This document shows, one piece after another, positions 1 through 9,800 of a stretch of 59,658 bases of DNA. Below the pieces are notes generated by a model. The model worked only from the letters and a program-made list of their open reading frames with translations. It did no database searches and was not told the origin of the DNA. Both the position numbers and the translations under genes were made by a program. The stretch comes from a virus (lineage: Duplodnaviria > Caudoviricetes): IMG/VR virus record IMGVR_UViG_3300027851_000001, positions 1 through 59,658 of that record; one strand, given 5' to 3'. Numbering within the stretch: position 1 is the stretch's first letter; each line of letters opens with the position of its first letter.

Positions 1-127
1 TCTCCACCATGCTGAAGTTGGCGCTCGGCGAGCACGGGCTGGACATCGACCCCTCCAAGGTCAACGACCCCAGCATGGTGCTGCGGCCGGTGGGTACGCA
101 CCACAAAAAGCAGACCCCGTGGAAAGA
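1..127. repeat. Terminal overlap identical to 59532-59658; circular, complete genome
   Basis: The first 127 nt equal the last 127 nt, and the primase ORF reads through the junction. Confidence 0.95.
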
Positions 128-2540
128 TGTGGCGTGCGCGCACGAGGCTGGCCCGTTCGACCTGAAGGACTTGGCGCCGCTGAAGGCGTGGGGTGCGCAG
201 GCGGAGACAGCGAAGCCGGCCGTAGCGCTGGCACCCCGCAAGGCGTCCGGCGTCATGTCCGCGATGAGTAACAGCCGGGATGTGGACCTGAGCCTCGTAG
301 CGCAGAACTGCCAGCAGATCAGGGCGCTGCTGGACTCGGGTGGTGCGACTGATGCGATGGGCCGGCGGGTGGAGGAGCCGCTGTGGCGCCTGTCCATAGG
401 CTTGGCGAAACACTGCGTCGACGACCGCGCGTCCATCGTCATGATCGCCGGGCAGCACCCGGACTTCGACATGAACGCCAACACCGAAAAAATGGCGGCA
501 TGGGTGGGTGGGCCGCCGGTGTGCGCATCGTTCGAGTCGCAGTGCTCCGGCGGTTGCGACGGGTGCCCCAGCAAGGGGCGTGTCACCTCGCCGGCGGGGG
601 TCTCGTACACCAACACCCCACAGGTGCCCGCAGAGGTCGTTGCGGCGTCGAACGGGGGCCAGGGCATACCCACGGTGCCCTCAGGCGTATCGGTGCCTCC
701 GGGCGGCCCCCTGCTGCCCATGCCACCGGGTTACATGATGGGACAGGTAGCAAGGCCCCACCAGCACGTGGTGCGTGAGGAGGTGGACGACTCGGAGGAG
801 GGCGGCGGCATGAAGCAGGTCGCTGTGGCACCCTATGAGATGTACGTCACGGGTGTGTACTCGGACGCGCTGCGCAACCGCACCACGGCCATCTTGCTGG
901 TGCGTTTCCCGAACGACGGCTGGAAAGAGTTCGACATGCCGATCGACGTGCTGGCCACCGCTGGCAAGGAATTTCTCGTGTACATGCTCAGCAAACTGAT
1001 CATGCTCGACACGATCAACTCAGTGAATGAAGTGAGGAAATATCTCATGCGCTACATCGACTTCGTGCAACAGCAGGCACCCGTGGGCGCCGACTTCGAC
1101 GGCTTCGGCTGGCAGCCGGACGGCTCGTTCCTGTGCGGCCACCGCCTGCTGGGCTCTCCCACTGGCAACACCGTGCGCCGCCTGAGCGGCCCGGCCAAGC
1201 TGGTCGGCGACTCCATCATCACCGAGGGCGACCGGGGTGTGTTCGTGGACGCCATGCGCATGCTGGACGAGCCCTGTGCCAACAACGTGTCTGCTGCGGT
1301 GCTGCTGAGCACAGCGGGCATCCTCGGCAAGTACTCCGGCAACTCGTCGTTCCTCGTGTCGATCTACTCGACCGAGACCACCACCGGCAAGTCGCTGGCG
1401 CTGGCCGCGGTGAACAGCCTGATCGGGCGCCACCGCTCCCTGCTGCTGGGCCAGCGCGACACCGCCAACGCGGTGTACAAGATGCGCGGCGTGCTCAACC
1501 AGCTGCCGGCCACCATGGACGAGCTGACGCTGCAGGACGGCGAGGAGGCGGTGTCGCTGGCGTACAACCTGAGCCAGGGGCGCGAGAAGCTGGCCATGGA
1601 CCGCAACCGCGACATCCGCGACCCGGTGACGTGGGAGGGACCCACCATCATCACCACGAACCACTCGATGCACCAGAAGTTCGACGAGTTCATGTCGCAG
1701 GCCGACCCGGTCAAGGCCCGCACGCTGGAGTTGCACCAGCATGACCGCGAGTTCATCCAGGGCATGGACGGCAAGCGCGGCACGATCTTCTACCAGATGC
1801 TGGAGGACAACCACGGCTTCGCCTTCCCCGAGCTGATCGAAGCCATCGTCGCCTACGGCGGCGCGCGCAAGTTCTGGGAGACCGCAGAACAGCAGTTCGA
1901 GTCCCGCGTCGGGTTCACGTTCGAGCCGCAGGAGCGCTTCTACCGCTCGGCCATCATCAGCGGCTGGGCGATCGGCAAGCTGGGCAAGACCCTCGGCCTG
2001 TTCCCGTTCGATGTGGACCGTGTGACCGAGTACCTGTGCGATCAGGTCCGGGCCTACCGCAAGCGCGCCGCTGACTCCCGCGTGGACGCCTTCGACATCG
2101 TGGGCCAGTTCCTGTCGGAGCACAACGACCGCATCATCGTCTGCCGTGAGCAGTATGCCAGCGGCCCGGTGAAGAATCAGGAGCAGGTGCAGTTCCCGGT
2201 GCCCGAGCTGGCCGTGGCCCGCATGAAGGTGGTGTTCGACGGAACCAACCCGGTGATGCCGGGCAGCGTGCTGTCCCTGAACCAGATCACGTTCAAGAAA
2301 TGGCTTAGCCGATCGCGTGACAGTATCCAGCGGGTGTCGGACGAACTGCTCATGGCCGGCGCCCTGGTGGCTGAACGTGAGCGCGTGACGATGTACAAGG
2401 GCTGCCAGCGGGACAACCCGGGGCAGGCGTTCTGCATCACCATCAACCTGAACCATCCACGGTTCGTGGATGCGCTGACGTCACCCAAGGCTCGTATGCC
2501 GAGCCCGGTGACGTTGGCGGTGCTGGGGGGAACGAAATGA
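9..2540 (+). CDS. Primase-helicase C-terminal part (Cys cluster plus DUF927-like P-loop domain)
   Basis: CASFESQCSGGCDGC cluster; Walker A-like ETTTGKS; Walker B-like ATMDE; FGWQ motif typical of DUF927. Confidence 0.8.
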   Translation: MLKLALGEHGLDIDPSKVNDPSMVLRPVGTHHKKQTPWKDVACAHEAGPFDLKDLAPLKAWGAQAETAKPAVALAPRKASGVMSAMSNSRDVDLSLVAQNCQQIRALLDSGGATDAMGRRVEEPLWRLSIGLAKHCVDDRASIVMIAGQHPDFDMNANTEKMAAWVGGPPVCASFESQCSGGCDGCPSKGRVTSPAGVSYTNTPQVPAEVVAASNGGQGIPTVPSGVSVPPGGPLLPMPPGYMMGQVARPHQHVVREEVDDSEEGGGMKQVAVAPYEMYVTGVYSDALRNRTTAILLVRFPNDGWKEFDMPIDVLATAGKEFLVYMLSKLIMLDTINSVNEVRKYLMRYIDFVQQQAPVGADFDGFGWQPDGSFLCGHRLLGSPTGNTVRRLSGPAKLVGDSIITEGDRGVFVDAMRMLDEPCANNVSAAVLLSTAGILGKYSGNSSFLVSIYSTETTTGKSLALAAVNSLIGRHRSLLLGQRDTANAVYKMRGVLNQLPATMDELTLQDGEEAVSLAYNLSQGREKLAMDRNRDIRDPVTWEGPTIITTNHSMHQKFDEFMSQADPVKARTLELHQHDREFIQGMDGKRGTIFYQMLEDNHGFAFPELIEAIVAYGGARKFWETAEQQFESRVGFTFEPQERFYRSAIISGWAIGKLGKTLGLFPFDVDRVTEYLCDQVRAYRKRAADSRVDAFDIVGQFLSEHNDRIIVCREQYASGPVKNQEQVQFPVPELAVARMKVVFDGTNPVMPGSVLSLNQITFKKWLSRSRDSIQRVSDELLMAGALVAERERVTMYKGCQRDNPGQAFCITINLNHPRFVDALTSPKARMPSPVTLAVLGGTK

Positions 2541-2776
2541 ACCACATGCTCAAGATAGCCCCCGCATATTTCCAGGCGGTGCGGGACGGGCGCAAGACGT
2601 TCGAGATCCGCAAAAACGATCGCCACTTTGAGGAGGGGGATGGCGTAACCCTGCGCGAGTACGACGGGGGGTACACGGGGCGACTTCACGCCGCCACGAT
2701 TGGCTACGTCACCGCATACGAACAGCAGCCAGGGTACGTCGTGTTCTCGCTGCTGCTGGCGAAGGAGCCAACATGA
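2537..2776 (+). CDS. ASCH/DUF3850 domain protein
   Basis: LKIAPAYFQAVRDGRKTFEIRKNDRHFEEGD matches the ASCH GxKxxExR signature. Confidence 0.85.
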   Translation: MNHMLKIAPAYFQAVRDGRKTFEIRKNDRHFEEGDGVTLREYDGGYTGRLHAATIGYVTAYEQQPGYVVFSLLLAKEPT

Positions 2777-2928
2777 TCCGCTTCTACTTCCGCAAGGGCC
2801 GGTGGCGCGTGACGTCCACCACCAAGCAGGTGCCGGCCACGGAGTGGTGGAACGCCATCAACGCCGTGAAGTGCATGAACCATAGGCTGCGTACAGCGCG
2901 GCAGAACACCGCCGATGACCGGCTTTAG
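2773..2928 (+). CDS. Small hypothetical protein (51 aa) ending inside the attC-like site
   Basis: AGGAG RBS and ATGA overlap with the upstream gene; MIRFYFRKGRW...QNTADDRL. Confidence 0.55.
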   Translation: MIRFYFRKGRWRVTSTTKQVPATEWWNAINAVKCMNHRLRTARQNTADDRL

Positions 2929-2951
2929 TCCGGTCGATTTAAGAGTTGGGC
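2901..2951 (-). other. attC-like recombination site 1A
   Basis: Minus strand GCCCAAC-TCTTA-AAT(C)GACCGG(A)CTAAAG-CCGGTCATC-GGCGGT-GTTCTGC: R'', 5-nt spacer, L'' with extrahelical C, hairpin, L', R'. Confidence 0.75.
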
Positions 2952-2971
2952 TGATGCCCGGAAAGGAACCC

Positions 2972-3163
2972 ATGGGAAAAGTGCAAAGCGCTGTATGGCG
3001 CGATCTTTTCGACCCCGGATGGCGCGAGCGGGAGGCCGCCCTTGTTGCGAAGTTTTTGGCGCTCATACCAGCGCGCTGCGGCTGCCAACTTGGTACGTGC
3101 CAGAGCAAGCCGGACGGTTGCCGCATGCGCCAGGAAATCAAGCCGGGCAGCGGTGCGCAGTAG
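2972..3163 (+). CDS. Cassette gene, hypothetical protein (63 aa, Cys-rich C-terminus)
   Basis: AAAGGA RBS; the stop lies 2 nt before GCCCAAC of the next site. Confidence 0.6.
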   Translation: MGKVQSAVWRDLFDPGWREREAALVAKFLALIPARCGCQLGTCQSKPDGCRMRQEIKPGSGAQ

Positions 3164-3165
3164 TT

Positions 3166-3217
3166 GCCCAACACCACCAATGAGCCGCCTGCGGTCGGCT
3201 CGATTACAGAGTTGGGC
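3166..3217 (-). other. attC-like recombination site 1B
   Basis: Minus strand GCCCAAC-TCTGT-AAT(C)GAGCCG(A)CCGCAGG-CGGCTCATT-GGTGGT-GTTGGGC, with perfectly complementary R''/R'. Confidence 0.8.
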
Positions 3218-3236
3218 TGATGCCCTGGAGAACACG

Positions 3237-3536
3237 ATGGAAACACCAAAACCAATGGCTGGAACTTGGACGCTTACCGCACCAGATGGGCGAGAGTGGA
3301 AAGCAGAAACACCGCTTCGCTGTTGTGGGCTTGAGCAAAGAGAGCGAGTCCCCGCAGATGTTGCGCTAGCAAGAATTCTTGCTGCTGCAAAACTTGGTGC
3401 CGACGACAGAGATAGCGAACTATTGCAAGCCGCTCTCTATGCACTGGAATACCACACCGAACAAACGCGCCCGATCCAGTCAACCAATGATGCTATTGCC
3501 GCACTGCGCAAAAGGCTGCTGCCCAACACCAATTAG
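3237..3536 (+). CDS. Cassette gene, hypothetical protein (99 aa)
   Basis: GGAG RBS; visibly more AT-rich than core genes; ends ...LLPNTN inside the attI-like site. Confidence 0.7.
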   Translation: METPKPMAGTWTLTAPDGREWKAETPLRCCGLEQRERVPADVALARILAAAKLGADDRDSELLQAALYALEYHTEQTRPIQSTNDAIAALRKRLLPNTN

Positions 3537-3560
3537 GCGACGACGACCGTCGCGTAACAC
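3521..3560 (-). other. attI-like site of array 1
   Basis: Minus strand GTGTTACGCGACGGTCGTCGTCGCCTAATTGGT-GTTGGGC; 3525-3560 is 27/36 identical to 47809-47844; resembles the class 1 attI1 DR1-L-R layout. Confidence 0.6.
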
Positions 3561-3586
3561 CGGCACAAGCATTTACGCCCGACGGG

Positions 3587-3838
3587 CTATTTCATCCCCG
3601 CCGACTTCGTCCTAGCGAACGACCGGTTCTGCGACGCGGGCACAGCCCGTAGGTTCCCACCCCCGTTGCCGCCGCCCTTGACGATCGGCTTGCGGTGATC
3701 GACGTCGAGCCCGTCTCCTTTGCGGACGAGGCCCTTCTTCTCCATGGTGGCGCGCGCAGCGTTGCGGGCTGCACGATTCTTGATCTGCTCCGGCTTGCCA
3801 CCATAGTTCCGGTACTCATCTGCGTAATTTCTGGCCAT
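3587..3838 (-). CDS. Small HNH endonuclease
   Basis: DVDHRKPIVKGGGNGGGNLRAVPASQNR, an HNH beta-beta-alpha motif. Confidence 0.8.
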   Translation of the reverse strand: MARNYADEYRNYGGKPEQIKNRAARNAARATMEKKGLVRKGDGLDVDHRKPIVKGGGNGGGNLRAVPASQNRSFARTKSAGMK

Positions 3839-3839
3839 C

Positions 3840-6800
3840 TTACTCTCCACGTAGTTCACTGATTTCTTCCTGCATCCGCTTCAGCAGCTCGGTCTGCCGT
3901 TCGGCAAAACGCGCCCAATCCGGGCGCTCGTAGCGGGCCTCGGCGCGGCGCAGCCGGCCAATCTCCTGCTTGTACTCCGACATGATAGCCTTGGCCGCGC
4001 GGCTCTGGGCCACCACGGCTTGGTCCTCGTTGAACGAGTACACCTTCATGCCGAACCACTTGGCGACCTGCACCGCCTCGAAGCCCTCGGGCTTGTCCTT
4101 GCGCCCCTTTAGGATGTCGTCCACGCGTTCACCACGCATGAAGTCCACCACGGGGGGCGGCGCCACCTGGGCGGCGATCTCCCGGCCGCGCGTCAGGAAC
4201 TTCTCCCACATGGTGTCCGTGGGTGGCGACAGCGGCTTGGCGAAGTACGGGTCAACGCCGGCCACCGCGGTGATGATGGTCGACACCAGGGGGCCGGTGG
4301 GGGTGATGGCAGACGGGAACCACTCCTGCCCCATGAACCCGTTGGGCTGGCCGCGCGCCACCGAGGTCCACGGCAGGTAGTCGCCCAGGCGGTAGTACAC
4401 GGGGGACTTGTCGTCACCGAGGAACGGCAGGCGGATGTGCACGTAGGGACCCATGCCGAACATGCGGTCGCGGATGTACTCGGGCCCAGCCTTGCGCAGC
4501 CGCTCGTCCTCCTCATCCCCGCCAGCCATCTCCTGAAACGCATGTTCTAGGATGGCGAACGCCAGCATGATGTTGGCGATCTTCCACGGCTGGTGCACTG
4601 CGATCTTTCCCATGACCGGGATGATGGCGTAGGTCCACGAGATGAAGGGCAGCACCGTCTGGCGCGCCATGCGCACCGCCTTGGAGTCGATGTCGTAGTC
4701 GAGGAAGGCCCAGCGCGCGAAGTCGCCAGCAGCCTGCAGATCCTCGGCCGTCAGCTTGCCGTCGTGCAGGGCGGAGAGGTCGGCCGCGTGCTTCAGGAAG
4801 GCGGCCATGCGGAACACGTTGTCCTCGGCGGAGTACGCCTCGGTGATGATTTCATCCACCCGGCCACCGACGCCCTTGGCTTTGTCGACATGCTTCTGCA
4901 GTGCCTCGGACTTGGCCTTCTCCATTTTGGTCAGCGCCCCCAGGCGGCCCATGATCGTCGTGTCGCCCTCCAGCGACTCGCGCATGGCGTTGTACAGCGA
5001 CTGCTTGACCTCGGCCGAGGAGAAGTCGCCGATCATGGCGTTGGAGTTGATGAAGGCCAGCACCAGCTGGCGCTCGGCCGGCTTCATGGAGTTCGGACGG
5101 AGTTCGTACTGCGCCATAAGGCGCGCGGCTTCCTTCACGGTCGCCAGCGGAATGTCGTGCATCGTCGCCAGGGTGAAGTTGGTCGCCACGTTGGTCAGGT
5201 GGGTGCCGGGGTTGTAGACTGTCTTGGCTTTCTTGAACCAGCGCATGCCGGTGTTCAGCGAACGGAACGAGGTCGCCGGGCGGCGGTCGCTCATGTCCTG
5301 CATCGCCATCCACACGCCACTCCTGATCAGCTTGCCCTTGAGCGTGCCGTATGCGTCAGAGTCCGGCAGCTGCACCCACAGGTGCGGGGAGCGGTACAGG
5401 TGCTGGGTCTGCGTGCTGCGCGCGGCGTCGCTGCCGGCCTTGAGCACCAGCGCCGGGTCGATCTTGATCTTCAGCGAGTCCTCGGCATGGGCGATGCTGT
5501 CGAACGCCACGGCGTTGTCAGGGTGCCCGTCGCTGTGCCCGTATGTGGCCAGTGAGTCCGAGAACTGCTTGGACGCGAAGTTGTTAGCGAGCGCTGACAT
5601 CGTGTTGCGCAGCGCGTTGGACAGCTTCTCCGCCTGCTGGGCCTGCACCGCCTGCTTCACCGTCATCGACGCGCGGAAGGTGTGCTTGCCGTTGGCGAAG
5701 CTGGTGTGGAACCACACGTATTCCTGATCCACCATGTGGCCAGCGGGGGCTCCGACGCGGTCGAACTTTTCCGCGGCCATGAACCCATCGTGCGCCTTGT
5801 TGCCAGCGGCGTCCATGTGGAACACCTCGAAGTACTTGCCGTCCAGCACCGGGTCCCCCTGGGCGTCCAGCATCATCCACGAGGTCTCCAGATTTTCCTC
5901 GACCTGCTTTTTCTCGCCCAGCATGCTGTTGAGCTTGCGCAGGCCGAAGGTCTGGCCCGCCACCTGTTCCTCGGTGTTGGCGAACAGCATGGTCTCGGAG
6001 AACTTGCCGCTGGAGAAGAACCGCGACGCCTTCTCGTTGCCGAGCCGGGACACGTAGAAGTCGCGCCAGCGCACCACCTCGTCGGCCAGTTCGGCGGTAG
6101 CCTTGTCATCGCCCAGCGCCTGCTTGTCGCCGTCGAGGTAGTCGAAGATCGCCTGGATCTTGGCAGGGGACTGGCGCTGCACGAACGTGGCCAAGCGCTC
6201 GGTCAGCTTGTACCCTGCCTGCTTGTCGTCCTTGTACTGCTCGAACGCGGCGCGGGAGTCCACCGGCACGGCGAAGCGCGTGTTGACGTAGGTGAGCCAG
6301 CGGGCGATGCCGGGGAAGTCGTCGCGCACCTTCTCGGCCAGCTTGTCGGACTGCTCCAGCACTTTGTTGGCGCCGTACTTCCACCCCAGCGCGTCGAAGA
6401 TGAACTTCGTGCTGAGGAACGAGGGCAGGATTTTCTTGTTGTAGCGCGACACGTCGGTGTCGGAGGGCAGTTGCGCACCGGGGCGGGCCAGCAGTTCGGG
6501 AATGCTGCTCGTCGGGTCCATGCCGGACATGACCTCGGCCTTGAGGATGTTGCCCTTCCTTTTCCCTGGGGCGTCGATGCCGGGGGCAGCGGCCATCTCC
6601 AGCAGCGCCACGGTGCCGTCGAGCACATCGTTGGCCACGGTGTTGGAGACGCCGAGGAACTTCTGCACCAGTCGCGTGATGCGCAGCCAGATAGCGGACA
6701 ACCCGGACATGCCGGTGTCCTTCTCCTGCACGGTCTCCATGCCCTTGAGCGCCTTGCGGAACTCATACAGCGTGCTGCCGTAGGAGATCAGTTCGAGCAC

Positions 6801-9800
6801 GGCGTCCAGGCGCGCGGTCTTGGACTTGCCCTTGGCGACGTTGCGCAGCACAGCCACCACCTCGGCGGCCTTGGGCGAGAACGTGGCGGGGTCCGCGGCC
6901 AGCACCTTGTCCAGCGCCTGCATGAGCATCTTGACTTCAGCGATGTCCGGGTTCTGGTACACATACCACTGCAGCGCAGTGTGCAGCGTCTCGTGCAGGA
7001 TCTCCTCGGGGGAGGCTTCCTTGTGCAGGTACACGGTATTCGTTTTCGGGTCGTAGTACGCCTTGACGTCCTCGGCCACCCATGCCAGCTGGGGCTCCTG
7101 CGGCGTGCCGATAAAGCGACGCAGCGCGCGACCGACACCGGCAGCCAGCAGCTTCTCATACCCCGTGCCGTGCAGCTGCAGGCGGGAGACGATGCCAGAG
7201 ACACCGAACTCCAGCTGGTCCTCGATGCGCTGCTGGAACTTCTCATCCGACTCGTTCTCGCCCTGCCTCATGGGGCGGCGCGTGGAGCCTTCAGTGGCCG
7301 CCACCACGTTCGGAGGATCGGTCAGCCCGCGTTTCTTCAACTCCATCGACTCGCGGATAGAGCGGGGGCGCACGACGTCCGAGTACTCCACGGTGTCCAG
7401 CGCGCCGTCCTTGAACTGGGCCCATGCCTGCGACAGGTTCACATCGAGCGAGGTGTCGGCCTTGGTCTTGCCAAGATCCTGCTCCTTCAGCTTGCTCTCC
7501 TGAATCCGGCGCTTGAGCGATCCTACAATGGCTTCGACGTTCATGTCGCCACCGGACACATCGCGCAGGTTGTCGATGGCGGTGCGCAGCTGGCCGCGCA
7601 GGGCCGTTGCCTTGGCGTAGCCCTCGTCTGCCTTGCGGTTGGCAAGCGCCACATCGGACGCGATGGGGGAGCGGATGTCCTTCTCGGCGTCTCCGCTCGG
7701 CACCATGCTGGTCTCGTGGGCGGACAGCGCCTTGAACGCCTCGGCCACTTTCTTGGCGGCGTCCACCATGCTGCGCATGCGCTCGGACCACTCGGTCGTA
7801 GTGGCGACGTCCGGGTTCATGGTCTTGTTCTGGTACACCACCGGGCTCTTGTTGCCGCGGACAGCGCGCGCCACACCGGCGAGCACACCCTGCGGGACGT
7901 TCATGCGGCCAGTGACTTTGCCCGGCGTGGAGGCGGCTTGCGCCTTCAGCACCTTGTCGAGTTCGGCTTCAATGTCGGCCGAGTCAGCAGCGGCCGCGTC
8001 CCGCGCCTGTTCTTCTTCAAGGTCTCTGTCCCACTCGGCTTCTAGTTCGTCCAGGGTGGGCGTAAAAGAGTCCGCTGCGGGTTCATTCGCAGCGGACAAA
8101 TCACCTTGGAGGGGTGAGGAGACAACCGTGGCAACGGGTGTTGGGGCAGCAGGGGCTTCGAGGTCCAGTGTAACCCCTTGTAGCGCGCGCTGGAAGCCCG
8201 TCATGGGATCGGGCCCGGCGGCGGCCACCTGCTGGCCAGGGGTGAGCGCACCGGAGACGGGGCGTGCGGGTCCGGCGAGTGCCGCCTGCTGCCCGGGTGT
8301 CAGGTCGTCGCTAACCGCACGTGGAAGGGTTCCCGCCTGGATCTGGTCCATGACCTCGTTGAGTGCAGGCAGGCCGGCAACGACGCGCTGTTCCGGCGTG
8401 AGGCGGGGGCCCTCGAAGGTCTGATCGCGCTCGAACGGGCTCACGCCGAAGCTGGTGTCGGCACCGTAGGTGGGGGCGCCCCCCTCACCGAAAAGTTCGT
8501 CTTGTCCGGGCTGCGCCACGCCGATGGGTTCTTCGGTTTCCAGTGCGGCCGGCTGCTGCACCGTGGTGTCGCCACGCGCGAACAGGTCCCGTTGCGGCGC
8601 AAGATCCAGCAGGTTCACGGCGTCGCCGTTGGCGAGCGCTTCCTTGGCGGCGTTGTCGACGATGAGGGTGTCGATGTACTGCAGCTTCTGGCGGAACTCC
8701 TGCAGCTGCTCGTTGAACAGCGGGTCCTCGGATGAGCCACGCAGCACGTCCTGAGCGCGGCGGGCGGCGGCAACGCGCTGGCCGGATGGCGCCTGCGGGT
8801 TCGCTGCGATCTGCATGTCCTCTTGCAGGTTGGCGATGAAGTTCTTCGCCTGCATGTACTCGGGCACGGAGGCCAGTGGGGACGCAGCCGCGCCGCCCAC
8901 AGCGCCCTTGAATGCGCCGATCGCGTACTCGTCCATGGCACCGTCGCCGGTGAGGTCCTTCTCGGCGCCCCAGCGTTCGATGGCGGACTGCGGCACCTCG
9001 GTGAGGGGGCCCTCCACCGCGCCGCCGATCAGCGCCTGCTTTCCGAGGTACTTGGCCATGCCTCCACCCGTGAGCCGCGCTGCCGCGCCAGTGGTCGTGT
9101 TGAGCGCCTGTTTGGTCATCGCACGGCCGAGCAGGTTGCCGGCGGCGGCTTCAGGACCCAGCAGGGCCTCCAGTGCAGCGGAGCCGGAGCCAGCGGCCAG
9201 GGCCCGGCCCTTGTTGTCGATGCCCGCCTCGCGCTGCTCGCTGCGCACGGAGCCATAGGTTTCTGCCAGCGTGCCGATGAAGCGCCCTGCCGCACCGCCG
9301 AGGAACGCTCCGAGGGGAATGGACGCGCCGCCAGTGACGGGGGCTGCCAGTGCGCCGAGGCCGGCACCGATCTTTGCACCGACCGCCGTCTGTGCGATGG
9401 CCATGGGCACGTCGTATGCCACTTCGCCGAGCGCTTCGGTGGCCGCTTGGCCGGGCGACTCCATGAGGTCCGTGGCGCCGGTGATGTGGCTGGGGTTGCG
9501 CCGGGCGAGCGCGCCGCCCCACTCCTGCATCGACTGGCCGACGCCCTCCATGCCGAGATCCTGCATGGTGGAGCCGACGTTGCCCACCGCTTGGCCTGCA
9601 CGGCGCTGGAACGCATCGACGAGGCCGAGGTCCCCGTACTCCTTCACCAGCTTCTGCTTCACCGAGTCGCCGTACACCGCCGTGAAGCCGGGCGGCAGGT
9701 CAGGGTTGTCCATGTCCAGCAGCGCCGCGTTGGCGGAGCCCTGGTCGAGGTCCAGCCTGAACGTCTTGCCGCCGCTGAACACCTCCTCGGTGTCCGGGTT

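Noticed and set aside
2901-3217. The attC-like hairpins as ordinary rho-independent terminators
   Set aside because: They have no U-tracts, but do have conserved bulges, AAC/GTT ends and cassette-specific end complementarity.
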